Source: a virus (lineage: Duplodnaviria > Heunggongvirae > Uroviricota > Caudoviricetes). Taken from it: a stretch of 64,000 nucleotides of DNA. How positions within the stretch are numbered: the stretch's first letter is position 1; each line of letters starts with the position of its first letter. Positions 6,986 through 17,488 of this stretch are shown here, piece by piece. Below the pieces are notes generated by a model, which searched no databases, had not been told where the DNA came from, and worked only from the letters and a program-made list of their open reading frames with translations. A program made the translations under genes and the position numbers. The DNA lies in the IMG/VR virus record IMGVR_UViG_3300021256_000063, positions 64,001 to 128,000 of that record; one strand, written 5' to 3'.

Positions 6986-7174
6986 ATGAATATAAACGGA
7001 ATCAATATAGACATCATGGGTAATCAACAAAATAATTATGCTCAACAAATGCTCCAAATCTGTGCTTCACACCCAGCTTGTATTAATTGTCCATATGTAG
7101 GTCAACCAGCGCAGATGGGTAATGAAGTGCAGATTTGTGAAAATGGAATTAACAAGAAAAAGGAGAGTACATAA
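6986..7174 (+). CDS. small Cys-rich hypothetical protein
   Basis: 62 aa with CASHPACINC; stop overlaps next start. Confidence 0.6.
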   Translation: MNINGINIDIMGNQQNNYAQQMLQICASHPACINCPYVGQPAQMGNEVQICENGINKKKEST

Positions 7175-7899
7175 TGAGTCATTTTGCAGTATTAGTTCTA
7201 CATGAAGAAGACCAGTTCGTTGAAGACCTGCTTGCGCCTTATAATGAGAATTTGGAAGTAGAGCCTTATATTAAGTATACACGTACTCAGGCTATTAATA
7301 AGATGCGAGAAGAATATCCGAATACATGTAAAGATATGTCTGATGATGAAATCTTCCAAGAAGCATGTGAATGGTATGGTAATATGGTAGATGATGATAA
7401 CAATATTTTAAGTACTTATAATCCTCATAGTAAGTGGGATTGGTATCAGGTTGGCGGTCGCTTTAGTGATGCGCTGACAATAATTCCAACTGCTCGTGCA
7501 GGATATGGGAATATTCATCATACAAATAGTGCTTTTGTGCGTCATGTTAAATGGGTGCAACCTCTTGACACGAAAGAAAGAGAAGATATAATTAAATGGT
7601 GGAATGTGAATATTGAAGGCGCTGATGGAGAAAAGGATAAGTACTTCTTCTATAACCCTGAATATTATAAAAAGCGTTTTAAAGATGCAGAGACATATAT
7701 CAAAACTCAGGAACTCCCTTGTTATCATGCGGTTGTAACTCCAGATGGTATTTGGCATGAGCCGTCTCAAATGGGCTGGTGGGCTTGTACAGATGGTGAT
7801 CCTGCCGATGAACTTGAATGGGATCTTCATTTTAAAGAGCGCTTTATTGATACGGCTGAGTTTGATTGGGTCGCAACTATTGTAGATTGTCATATTTAA
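7174..7899 (+). CDS. hypothetical phage protein
   Basis: 241 aa, MSHFAVLV...YNPHSKWDWYQVGGRF...VDCHI; AAGGAG SD. Confidence 0.75.
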   Translation: MSHFAVLVLHEEDQFVEDLLAPYNENLEVEPYIKYTRTQAINKMREEYPNTCKDMSDDEIFQEACEWYGNMVDDDNNILSTYNPHSKWDWYQVGGRFSDALTIIPTARAGYGNIHHTNSAFVRHVKWVQPLDTKEREDIIKWWNVNIEGADGEKDKYFFYNPEYYKKRFKDAETYIKTQELPCYHAVVTPDGIWHEPSQMGWWACTDGDPADELEWDLHFKERFIDTAEFDWVATIVDCHI

Positions 7900-7917
7900 A
7901 TTAAAAAGGAGAATGTA

Positions 7918-8520
7918 ATGGCTAAAGGCAGAAAGCGGAAATGTGTGTTATGTGGACTTCCAATTGAAGATAATAATGAATCAATCCCTTATAAGAATCG
8001 CTATGCGCATATCACATGTTTCCGTGCTGCTGCCAAGGCCATTCATGTAGATAAGGAAGAACAAGTTCAGAAGAAAGCAGAAGAAAAGAAGACCAGAGCA
8101 AAGCCTAAAGCGCAGGTCGAACTTAAAGACGGTCTTACAGATGAAGAGTATATTCAGAAGAATTTATATTATGATTATTTAAAAAAGAATATAGGCGTTT
8201 CAGAACTTCCGGTTAAGGTGTATGCGCTTACAGAAAACTATATTAAAAAATATGCCTTTACATTCCAAGGACTGTATGCTACACTTACCTACATGCGGAA
8301 CATTCTTGAAAAAGACTTCGGTGAAGATATCGTTGGTCTTGTCCCTTATTACTATACTGAAGCACAGGCTCATTATAAGGCTGTTAAAGGTGTTGAGGAC
8401 AGGAACAAAGATGTTAACACTAAAGGTATGTATAAACATAAAACTGTCTATATAGACACGAAACAGAAGAAAATTAAACAGATAGATATAACATCTATTG
8501 GGGGAGATGCGAATGTATGA
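7918..8520 (+). CDS. Zn-finger replication-associated protein (YorH-like by position)
   Basis: CVLC and HITC motif; lies between ATPase block and DnaB as in SPbeta-like phages. Confidence 0.55.
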   Translation: MAKGRKRKCVLCGLPIEDNNESIPYKNRYAHITCFRAAAKAIHVDKEEQVQKKAEEKKTRAKPKAQVELKDGLTDEEYIQKNLYYDYLKKNIGVSELPVKVYALTENYIKKYAFTFQGLYATLTYMRNILEKDFGEDIVGLVPYYYTEAQAHYKAVKGVEDRNKDVNTKGMYKHKTVYIDTKQKKIKQIDITSIGGDANV

Positions 8521-10159
8521 AACACTAACTGATAAACGGGCAATTCTGAATACGATTGGGTGTTTAATGCTCGACCCCACTTTGATTGATGATATTGACC
8601 GACCTTTGGACAGGACGGATTTCGATACAGAAACATTGTATGAATTGATCTATGTAGCTATCTTTAACTCGTATATGCAAGGGGTTAAAGATATTGATGA
8701 GTTTACAATCGATTCATATCTTTCATCGTATAAAGAACAGTATGAGATATTTCAAGCGAATGATGGATTGAAATATTTAGCTGATGCTAGAGAATTGAGC
8801 AGTTTAGATAATTATGATTATTATTATCACAGACTCAGGAAGTATTCTCTGCTCAGATATTATGAGAAAAAGGGGTATAATACTAAAACGATTTTTGATC
8901 CAACTGTCGGTGTGGAAGACTTGACCAAAGAGATGGAGAAGTTCGATAATTACACTGAACAGGATATTGTGGGTTTGGTAGAAACGGATTTAGTTATCAC
9001 TCCTACGATTCGGTACTGTACCAATATGTTAACTACTGAGATTCAGGCGGCTGATGATGCAATGGATTTGATTGAGAGTTTCATGAAGATTCCTGATGTC
9101 GGCATGCCATTGAATAATGATGGGTTAACCACTGTAACACGAGGTGCAAGAAAAGGGTGCCTTTATATGAGGTCTTCAGCCCAAGGTTTCGGGAAAAGTC
9201 GTATGGCTGTAGGAGATGCAGTAAAAGATTCGATACCATATTATTATGATAGTAAATCAAAAGATTGGAAATATACTGGTTTGTCTGAACCCACATTATA
9301 TATTACGACAGAAATGACTGTAGATGAAATTCAAACTATAGTTATTGCAACCGTTTCTAAAGTAAATGAAGAACATATTTTGTATGGAGAATATAAAGAG
9401 GGGGAATTAGACAGGGTAAAACAAGCCGTTCAATATATTAAATCCTCACCTATATATATTGTCCATATTCCTGATTTTTCAATTGACGATATAAAAAATA
9501 TAATTAAAAAATATAATAGGGAATATCGTGTTGAATATATATATTTTGATTATATATGGAATAGTATGCGTTTGATGTCAGAAGTGTCCAGTAAAACTAG
9601 GATGGGCGGTTTAAAAGAACACCAGCTTCTGTTAGTTTTTTCGACAGAACTAAAAACCCTTGCACAACAATTAGATATTCATATTGCTACCGCATCACAG
9701 CTTAATGGTGAAGCACAAAATGCTCTTATTAAAGATCAGAATCTTCTTGCTGGGGCAAAAGCATTAGCGAATAAATTGGATGTTGGTATTATTTCAATGC
9801 CGCCTAACGCTAGAGAGAGTGAGAAACTTAATACAATTATTCAAACTCATTTTGGATTACGGATGCCGAATATGGGGCATTGGGTGTATAAAGTTAGGCG
9901 TGGACGTTTGACAAAATTAATTATTTGGAGCGATATTGATCTTGGTACGATGACAGAAGAAGCCCTGTTCGTAACGGATTTTGATTTTAATCTTATTGAT
10001 ATTGATTTTACTCAAATTGAACAGGTCGAGGCTAAGATTCAAGAGCATTCTGTTCTGGAATCTCATGTACACGATGAAGAGCCTGAGATAGTTGAAGAAT
10101 CTGTACCAGAAATAATTGAAGAAGAACAACAGCCTACACATAGAAGTTTTGATTGGTGA
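8513..10159 (+). CDS. dnaB: replicative DnaB-like helicase
   Basis: Walker A SSAQGFGKS, ITTEM, IYFDYI, ASQLN motifs; start ATG 8513 after GGGGAG. Confidence 0.88.
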   Translation: MYETLTDKRAILNTIGCLMLDPTLIDDIDRPLDRTDFDTETLYELIYVAIFNSYMQGVKDIDEFTIDSYLSSYKEQYEIFQANDGLKYLADARELSSLDNYDYYYHRLRKYSLLRYYEKKGYNTKTIFDPTVGVEDLTKEMEKFDNYTEQDIVGLVETDLVITPTIRYCTNMLTTEIQAADDAMDLIESFMKIPDVGMPLNNDGLTTVTRGARKGCLYMRSSAQGFGKSRMAVGDAVKDSIPYYYDSKSKDWKYTGLSEPTLYITTEMTVDEIQTIVIATVSKVNEEHILYGEYKEGELDRVKQAVQYIKSSPIYIVHIPDFSIDDIKNIIKKYNREYRVEYIYFDYIWNSMRLMSEVSSKTRMGGLKEHQLLLVFSTELKTLAQQLDIHIATASQLNGEAQNALIKDQNLLAGAKALANKLDVGIISMPPNARESEKLNTIIQTHFGLRMPNMGHWVYKVRRGRLTKLIIWSDIDLGTMTEEALFVTDFDFNLIDIDFTQIEQVEAKIQEHSVLESHVHDEEPEIVEESVPEIIEEEQQPTHRSFDW

Positions 10160-10167
10160 GAGAAGAT

Positions 10168-11301
10168 ATGTATTTAGATCAGAAAAAAATATTAGATTCA
10201 TTAACTGACGAAGATATCATTAAAATTTGTGCAGAACTTGGCTCACCAGAATATAAGCGAGATAGTCAGGGGAATCTTTTGTTCTCGACCTCTATTTGTC
10301 ACGGCGGGGATAGTCCTTATAAATTAACGTATTATCATGATTCTCACCGTTTCAAATGTTGGACATGCTCAGATTCATATGGAATTATTGAATTAGTTAT
10401 TCGTGCTCATAGATTAAAAGGCAAGACATTAACTTACTATCGTGCTTTATATTATATAGCTTCTAAAACTGGTCGGTTATATGAAAAAGACCCTGAACAG
10501 ATTCCACCTGAAAAAACCATTACAGACTTTGAATGGATTAATCGTCTTAAATCTGCAAAGAAAAACTCAAAGGCCGTACCTAATCTGACTGAGATTAATG
10601 AGAATATACTTGATATATTTTGGTATGCGCCATATCAAGGTTGGCTTGATGAGCATATTACTCGTGAAGCAATGTCCAGATTTGAAATAGGATATTACGG
10701 ATTAACTAATCAGATAACTATTCCACATCGAGATATTAATGAGCGGCTTATTGGTATTAGAGGGCGGTTCCTTGATGACGAAGATGTTGAACGCTTTGGT
10801 AAATATGTGCCATTGCAGATTGGTGGACGCTTCCTGAGTCATCAGCTTGGTAGTAACTTATATGGTATTCATGTCGCTAAAGATAAGATACGACAATGTA
10901 AAAAAGTGATGTTGGTTGAAGCTGAGAAATCAGTGCTACAGGCTTATTCGTATTTTGGAGATGATAGCTTTGTGGTTGGGCTGTGCGGATCAAACATTTC
11001 AAAAACACAAATTAAAATTATATTGGAACAGCTACAAGTCGAAGAGGTTATCGTAGGACTGGATCGAGAGTATGAAGAGTCAGATAGTTTTGAAGCAACT
11101 GCGTATTACCAGAAGCTGATTAAAAAGGTTGCGCCTCTTGTACCATATGTCAGGGTTTATCTGGTGCTTGATAAAGAGCATAGGCTTGGGTATAAAGATT
11201 CTCCCACTGATAAGGGTAAAGATATCTTGCTACAGTTAATGAAAGAAAAAATTTTAGTAACGATGGATGATGTTAATGATGTAATGAAAAGAAAGGACTG
11301 A
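10168..11301 (+). CDS. DNA primase (Zn-binding plus TOPRIM)
   Basis: ICHGGDS..FKCWTC Zn site, LVEAEKS and GLDREY TOPRIM motifs; follows helicase. Confidence 0.85.
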   Translation: MYLDQKKILDSLTDEDIIKICAELGSPEYKRDSQGNLLFSTSICHGGDSPYKLTYYHDSHRFKCWTCSDSYGIIELVIRAHRLKGKTLTYYRALYYIASKTGRLYEKDPEQIPPEKTITDFEWINRLKSAKKNSKAVPNLTEINENILDIFWYAPYQGWLDEHITREAMSRFEIGYYGLTNQITIPHRDINERLIGIRGRFLDDEDVERFGKYVPLQIGGRFLSHQLGSNLYGIHVAKDKIRQCKKVMLVEAEKSVLQAYSYFGDDSFVVGLCGSNISKTQIKIILEQLQVEEVIVGLDREYEESDSFEATAYYQKLIKKVAPLVPYVRVYLVLDKEHRLGYKDSPTDKGKDILLQLMKEKILVTMDDVNDVMKRKD

Positions 11302-11306
11302 GAATT

Positions 11307-11489
11307 ATGAATGTGATTATTGAACTGATTGTGAAACTCGTTGGTGGCATGTGTGCTCTTATAGCTGCGGGATTAAACTGTCGGACATTCTTTGGTGGTA
11401 AGAAGGATGCGACATTTAAGGATATTATGACAGCGGTGATTCCGCTTCTACTGATGGTAGTGTTCACATATGCAATGGTTTGGAGGTGA
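11307..11489 (+). CDS. small two-TM membrane protein
   Basis: Two hydrophobic stretches in 60 aa. Confidence 0.6.
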   Translation: MNVIIELIVKLVGGMCALIAAGLNCRTFFGGKKDATFKDIMTAVIPLLLMVVFTYAMVWR

Positions 11490-11494
11490 AAGAT

Positions 11495-11875
11495 ATGAAA
11501 GTCGGAAATTTGGTAAAAGTCACAAATTGGGGTGGTGGTTATACAACAAATAGTGCGTGGTTTTTAGACCATGTTCATGATTTGGATGTCAATTATCTTA
11601 TCCGCTATGCCTATAATGATTCTACAAATTATTTTCATCATAAAAACGATGATGATAGAGTGTTTGAAGTGTTGTATGTAGATGATGCGCTGGCGCCTAA
11701 TGCATTAATCACTTTAGCACCTGAGTCAATGAGTTATAATGACGATGATTATAAGAAAGTTTTTCTTATCGGTTGTCGGGATTTGGAACTTGTAAACAAG
11801 CCAGAAAAACGCACTATGACGCTTAAAGAAATTGAAGAAGAACTCGGTTATGAAGTATCAATTATTTCTGAATAA
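11495..11875 (+). CDS. hypothetical protein
   Basis: GGAGGTG SD at about 11482; C-terminal MTLKEIEEELGYEVSII motif. Confidence 0.7.
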   Translation: MKVGNLVKVTNWGGGYTTNSAWFLDHVHDLDVNYLIRYAYNDSTNYFHHKNDDDRVFEVLYVDDALAPNALITLAPESMSYNDDDYKKVFLIGCRDLELVNKPEKRTMTLKEIEEELGYEVSIISE

Positions 11876-11887
11876 GGAGAATATAAT

Positions 11888-12373
11888 ATGAAAAAGAACT
11901 GGAAGAAACTTGTAATCGCTGCTCTGTGTATGATGATGGTAGTCGCATTTTTTGCGACATCTGTATCGGCTAAACCCAAGAATGGTCGCTGGACTGATCC
12001 TAAGACTGGGCACGTATATATTATGAAAAATGGTAAGCCCAGAACAGGATATTTTAAATATCACGGTAAAACTTATTATGGGCATAAAACCAGTTCAAGT
12101 TCTTATCCAAAGGGTTCTTGTACAACTGATGCTCTTAGGATCAGACATGGTAAGATGTATTACTTTAAGAGTAATGGTCAGAAGCAGACAAAAAGCAGTA
12201 GATATATTAAACTCAATCGCCATAGTACAAGCGTAAAATATTTGACCGCTGGTAGGATGAGTCGATATAATGCTAATCGCCGTTGTTATCAGTGGCTGAA
12301 TCCAAATAGTGGTCGATGGGAAGACACGGGTATGGCTTGCTACCCGTATGGCTCTATTGACTGGCAGAAGTAA
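11888..12373 (+). CDS. secreted protein with cell-wall/choline-binding-like aromatic repeats
   Basis: Signal peptide MKKNWKKLVIAALCMMMVVAFFATSVSA; TGYFKYHGKTYY and HGKMYYFKSNG repeats. Confidence 0.7.
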   Translation: MKKNWKKLVIAALCMMMVVAFFATSVSAKPKNGRWTDPKTGHVYIMKNGKPRTGYFKYHGKTYYGHKTSSSSYPKGSCTTDALRIRHGKMYYFKSNGQKQTKSSRYIKLNRHSTSVKYLTAGRMSRYNANRRCYQWLNPNSGRWEDTGMACYPYGSIDWQK

Positions 12374-12504
12374 AAAATAAGTGGAAAAAAGAATTAAATT
12401 TTGAGTTCTGGATAGTCCCGTGAGGGGATGAAGGGGTGAGTAGATGGCATCAAAAATTACCATCAAAAGCCCCTTAATTTTAGATTAGAGGGGAAGTGTT
12501 AAAT

Positions 12505-13551
12505 ATGGGTAATGATTTGGTGGAGAATTATAATGAGTCAATGGATGAATTTTTTAAGGGGAAAGTGAGGTCTGTTGCTAATGCTGATCGAGGTGTGCTG
12601 CCTAGACTGAGTTATAGTGGATTGGAAGTTTACAAAAACTGTCCGTATCAATATAACCTTAAATACGGTGAAAAGAAATATAGCAAAGATACCACACTAG
12701 CACTTGAATTGGGGTCGCTGCTTCACAAAATAGAGGAAGAACGTGTTAAAGATATTATCGTTGGCGTGCCTATTGATTATGATAATCTGGAATTCATACT
12801 GAAATATGGTACGGTTGAAACGGATTCAAAGACGAGAGAGCACATCTTAGGATTAGATGAATTAAAGCGGAAATATTTTGAAGAATGGTACACGCCAGAT
12901 AATGCTTCAGGCATGACATACGAAGAAAAAATGGAAGTGTTTAAAAAGAGTATGTATCATGAAATGGAAGATACATCAATCTGGCGTCCTGTATATACTG
13001 AGTTGCCGTTTGAATTTGTATATAAAGATAGGGTTATTTTTAATGGATTCATTGATAGAGTAGATCAGAATATATATGGTAGTTTTCGTACAGTAGATTA
13101 TAAGACTTCGAAAGCTATATATAAAAGCGATAAGATTGCGACATCACTTCAGTTTGGGATTTATGCGTTGGCGATTTATCAGATGTTTGGTCGGATTCCT
13201 ATTAGTTTTTTATATCGTTTTATTTTAATTGATGAGAGTCAGAAAGCTATGACCAAAGGTTGGGAGAAAAGGCTGGAAAGAACATTAGATAATACTCTTG
13301 ATAAAATTGATCAGAATAAGAAGAGTGGTATCTGGATTCCGAAGCCTAGCCCGCTTTGTGCATGGTGTAGCTATAGTGTCACGAATCCTAAAGCACATGA
13401 GTTTAAAGATGACTGTGAATATTACAGTCTTTGGACACCAGAGAATAAAGACTGGCGTGTCAACAAGCGTTATAATGCGCTTGACAAAGCGAGTAAAAAA
13501 GTAGATAATAACAATACAAAATTAAATAGTGGTCGTAAATTGATTTTTTAA
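12505..13551 (+). CDS. PD-(D/E)XK exonuclease, Cas4/AddB-like
   Basis: LSYS..CP, GSLLH, GFIDRVD, DYKT, Q..IY, and C-terminal CAWC...C cysteines. Confidence 0.85.
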   Translation: MGNDLVENYNESMDEFFKGKVRSVANADRGVLPRLSYSGLEVYKNCPYQYNLKYGEKKYSKDTTLALELGSLLHKIEEERVKDIIVGVPIDYDNLEFILKYGTVETDSKTREHILGLDELKRKYFEEWYTPDNASGMTYEEKMEVFKKSMYHEMEDTSIWRPVYTELPFEFVYKDRVIFNGFIDRVDQNIYGSFRTVDYKTSKAIYKSDKIATSLQFGIYALAIYQMFGRIPISFLYRFILIDESQKAMTKGWEKRLERTLDNTLDKIDQNKKSGIWIPKPSPLCAWCSYSVTNPKAHEFKDDCEYYSLWTPENKDWRVNKRYNALDKASKKVDNNNTKLNSGRKLIF

Positions 13552-13564
13552 GTAGGAGATATAT

Positions 13565-16500
13565 ATGTTTTCATGTCATGGGCATACGGATCATTCAAAT
13601 TATCGTCTTAGAGACGCTATTATTAAGGTGCCTGATTTTATTGAATATCATAGACAGTGTGGTTGGTCAGGCTGTGTGGTAACAGAGCATGAGACAATAG
13701 GTAGTCATCTTGACGCTTTAAAATACTTTGACTCAGTTAAGGACAAGCCAGAATATAGAGGATTTAAATTGGGTCTTGGAAACGAGATTTATTTATGTCC
13801 TGAATCAATTACAGCAGATAATAAAGGAAGTAATTTTTATCCTCATTTTATCTTAATTGCGCTCGATGCTGAGGGTCATAAAGCTATTCGTGAATTAAGT
13901 ACCAAAGCTTGGGTCAACAATTCATTTATGTCTGTGATGTATCGAGTGCCAACTTATTATTCTGATTTGCAGGAGTTATTGGAGAAATATAAAGGGCATT
14001 TAATTGGTTCCTCTGCATGTTTGGGGGGAAGTATTCCCAGACAACTTATTAAATATAGAGATGAACAAGACCCTATGAAGCGTGCTCAAATCTGGGATAA
14101 TATTAATTATTGGATCGAAACAATGATTGATTGGTTTGGTAATGATTATTTCTTTTTAGAGATACAACCAAATCCACATGAAGATCAGATTTTTGTTAAT
14201 AAAGCTATTATTCAGCTATCTCAGGAATTAGGCGTTCCTTATATTATTACATTGGACGCCCATTATCTGAAAAAGGAAGATAGAGAAATTCATAAAGCTT
14301 TTTTGAAAGCTGCTGAAGGTGATAGAGAAGTTGATGATTTCTATACTACGACTTATATCATGACCAAAGAGGAAGTTCATAGTTATATGGATGAATCAAT
14401 CGGGTATGATGCAGTTGAGTTAGGATTAAATAATACTATGCTTATTTATGATAAGATTCAGTATTATTCATTAACCAAAGAATTAGATATTCCTTATATT
14501 CCTTTTGATTTGACAGAGCCTGATAAAGAATTATTTATTAAATATAAGGATAACATTCCCTTGTTGGATTTCTTTTATCATTCTGAATATCCTGCTGACA
14601 GACATATGACCAGAGAATTGTTACGATCTATTGATACAAAGAACACACATTATCAATGTCAACGTGGATATGAAATGATAGATGAATGTTTATCATATAT
14701 TAAGATTTCATCTGAAGTTAACAAGGTTCGATGGTCAAAATACCTGATGCAAGTTAGAGATTATATTAAGCTTGCATGGGAAGCAGGAACATTAGTTATG
14801 CCCGGTCGTGGGTCTGGTGGTGGCTTTTGTTTACTATATCTATTAGATATTATTCAGGTTGATCCGTTACGAGAAAAGACAAAATTGTATCCATGGCGCT
14901 TCCTTAATCCATATCGAACGAGTGTTCTTGATATTGATACAGATATAGAATCAGCCAAACGAGAAGCGGTTATCCAAAAATTCATTGACACTTATGGTTC
15001 AGATAGAGTATCTAAGGTCATGACGCTTCAAACTGAGAAAAGCAAGAGTGCTATTCTTACAGCTAGTCGTGGTCTTGGCATTTCAAATGATGTAGCTTCT
15101 TATATTGCTTCTCTGGTAGTATTTGACAGAGGACAAGCACGTAGTTTAAAGACAATGTATTATGGAGATGAAGAGAATCCACCTGTCTCTGAATTTGTAA
15201 AAGAAATGAATGCCAGACCGCAGCTATGGGAAGTTGCTCAGAAAATTGAGGGACTAATTAGCGGTATCGGATCGCATGCGGGTGGAATTATTATTTGCGA
15301 TAAACCGTTGACTGAATCTACTGCTTTAATGCGTACAAATTCAGGTGATGTTATTACACAATTTGATTTGCATGGTGATGAAGCAGTTTCATTGATTAAG
15401 ATTGACGAGTTGTCAACAGACGCTACTGATTTGTTACATGCTACTTTGAATCTTCTTTTAAAAGACAATCAGATACAGTGGCAAGGTGATTTGTATTCTA
15501 CCTATATGAAATATCTTGGAATATATAATATAGATAGAGATGCACCTGAACTTTGGAAAATGATTGGTGACCAGAAAATTATGAATCTGTTTCAGTTTGA
15601 TAAAGATTCGGGCAAGAAAGCATTGTCACTAGTAAAGCCGCATTCAGTAGATGACTTGGCAACTATTAATTCAGTTATTCGACTCATGCCACAGAATAAA
15701 GGTGATGAGATGCCTCTTGAAAAATATGCGAGATTTCATGAGAATATTCAGCTTTGGTATGATGAGATGACTGAATATGGATTGACTCAGGAAGAACAAG
15801 ACATCTTAAAAGATATTTTAGGTATTTCATATGGTATCTGTGAGGCACAAGAATATCTGGTACTTTTGACGATGCATCCTAAGATTGGTGGCTTTGATTT
15901 AAGATGGAGCGACCAACTTAGGAAATCAGTAGCTAAAAAGAACCCTAAAGATTTCCTACGACTAGAAAAAGAATTCTTTGAGAATGCAAAAGAAAAGAAT
16001 CTTTCTCCTAATCTGACTAATTATGTTTGGTATCAATTGATATACACTCAGAGAGGCTACGGATTTAATAAAAGTCATACACTTTGCTACAGTTGTATCG
16101 GTTTACAAGAAGCATGGTTGAATTATAAATACAATCCTATTTATTGGCAGACCGCTAATCTTATCGTTCGTTCAGGATCATATAACGCTGATGCTAACGA
16201 TGCCACAGATTATGGTAAAATGGCTGTTGCTATTGCAGCGATTCAGCATGAGGGTGTTACAATATCGAATCCTGATATTAATAATCCTCAGTTTGAATTT
16301 GTACCTGATGTTAAAAATGAGCAGATTATTTTTAGTATGAAAGGTGTGAATGGTGTCAACACTGAATTGGCTCAGTCAATTATTCAGAACGCACCTTATG
16401 CCTCAATGCAGGACTTTGCAACACGCATGCTCGATACTAAAATCATCCATCCCGCTCAGATGATTAAATTAATTAAAGGTGGTTGCTTCCTTACGTTACA

Positions 16501-17488
16501 TGACCCAGATCGTTTTAAAACGATGGAATGGTATCTTCGCAACTATTGTTTTGAACCGTTGTCAAAGTTAACGATGACACAGCTTCCTAAGATGCAGGAG
16601 TTTGGTATTCTTCCAGAACAATATCGAAACAGTTTGAATTGCATTAAGATTAAACAATATGTTCTGGATGATGAGGGATTATATAAACTTTATATTGATC
16701 CTAATAAAAAACTTCCTAAACGTGGCTATCATGACCGTTATTTTATTCTGGATGATATGTCGCAACCAGCTGTCAAAAAATACTTTACAGAGGAGTGTAT
16801 AGTTGATGTGAAGGACGGATATTACATTATTTCAGAAAAGAAATTTTTGAAAGAATGTGACATGCTAACGCAGCCTTTGCGTGATTGGTTTGGCTCTGAA
16901 GATGCTTTAAATACCTATAACAGTGCGCTTTTCCAGTCTCTTTGGAATGATAAAGCATCTGGTACTGAAGCATCTTGGAATATGGAAGCATGTTGTTATT
17001 ATGACCAGAACCATGAATTGGACGGCATTAACGAAGCTGAATATGGTATTGTAAATTATTTTAATCTGCCTGAGAATCCTGAACCTTATACATGGTATAG
17101 GAGAAAGGTTGATGGTGAGTGGAAGAATGTGCCTAAATATCGTGTATGCCGTATTGCGGGCACTGTCTTAAAAAGTGACAATAACAGGCACTCTATAGCA
17201 CTCCTTACATGCTATGGTGTAGTCAACGTGAAATTCTATAAAGGTTCTTATGCCTTTTATAATAAGCGTATTTCGCAGCCATTAGGAGATGGCAAGAAGA
17301 AGGTACTTGAAGAAAGCTGGCTTAAACGTGGTAACAAGCTTCTTATTAGTGGCATTAGGAGAGATGATCAATTCTTCCCTCTTGTATATAAAGACACAAT
17401 TTATAACCATACAGTAAATTTAATTAAAAATATAACTCCAGATGGTAAACTGGAATTGCAGTTTGAAAGGACGAAAGTAGATGAGTGA
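13565..17488 (+). CDS. dnaE: DNA polymerase III alpha subunit with PHP domain
   Basis: HGHTDHS/TEHE/GNEIY/TLDAHY PHP motifs, PGRGSGGG, DIDTD, SHAGG, YGFNKSH. Confidence 0.95.
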   Translation: MFSCHGHTDHSNYRLRDAIIKVPDFIEYHRQCGWSGCVVTEHETIGSHLDALKYFDSVKDKPEYRGFKLGLGNEIYLCPESITADNKGSNFYPHFILIALDAEGHKAIRELSTKAWVNNSFMSVMYRVPTYYSDLQELLEKYKGHLIGSSACLGGSIPRQLIKYRDEQDPMKRAQIWDNINYWIETMIDWFGNDYFFLEIQPNPHEDQIFVNKAIIQLSQELGVPYIITLDAHYLKKEDREIHKAFLKAAEGDREVDDFYTTTYIMTKEEVHSYMDESIGYDAVELGLNNTMLIYDKIQYYSLTKELDIPYIPFDLTEPDKELFIKYKDNIPLLDFFYHSEYPADRHMTRELLRSIDTKNTHYQCQRGYEMIDECLSYIKISSEVNKVRWSKYLMQVRDYIKLAWEAGTLVMPGRGSGGGFCLLYLLDIIQVDPLREKTKLYPWRFLNPYRTSVLDIDTDIESAKREAVIQKFIDTYGSDRVSKVMTLQTEKSKSAILTASRGLGISNDVASYIASLVVFDRGQARSLKTMYYGDEENPPVSEFVKEMNARPQLWEVAQKIEGLISGIGSHAGGIIICDKPLTESTALMRTNSGDVITQFDLHGDEAVSLIKIDELSTDATDLLHATLNLLLKDNQIQWQGDLYSTYMKYLGIYNIDRDAPELWKMIGDQKIMNLFQFDKDSGKKALSLVKPHSVDDLATINSVIRLMPQNKGDEMPLEKYARFHENIQLWYDEMTEYGLTQEEQDILKDILGISYGICEAQEYLVLLTMHPKIGGFDLRWSDQLRKSVAKKNPKDFLRLEKEFFENAKEKNLSPNLTNYVWYQLIYTQRGYGFNKSHTLCYSCIGLQEAWLNYKYNPIYWQTANLIVRSGSYNADANDATDYGKMAVAIAAIQHEGVTISNPDINNPQFEFVPDVKNEQIIFSMKGVNGVNTELAQSIIQNAPYASMQDFATRMLDTKIIHPAQMIKLIKGGCFLTLHDPDRFKTMEWYLRNYCFEPLSKLTMTQLPKMQEFGILPEQYRNSLNCIKIKQYVLDDEGLYKLYIDPNKKLPKRGYHDRYFILDDMSQPAVKKYFTEECIVDVKDGYYIISEKKFLKECDMLTQPLRDWFGSEDALNTYNSALFQSLWNDKASGTEASWNMEACCYYDQNHELDGINEAEYGIVNYFNLPENPEPYTWYRRKVDGEWKNVPKYRVCRIAGTVLKSDNNRHSIALLTCYGVVNVKFYKGSYAFYNKRISQPLGDGKKKVLEESWLKRGNKLLISGIRRDDQFFPLVYKDTIYNHTVNLIKNITPDGKLELQFERTKVDE

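Noticed and set aside
12430-12495. Twister-ribozyme-like AAGCCCCTTAA...GAGGG
   Set aside because: The required compact L4 loop and pseudoknot partners are absent; retained only as a generic structured leader.
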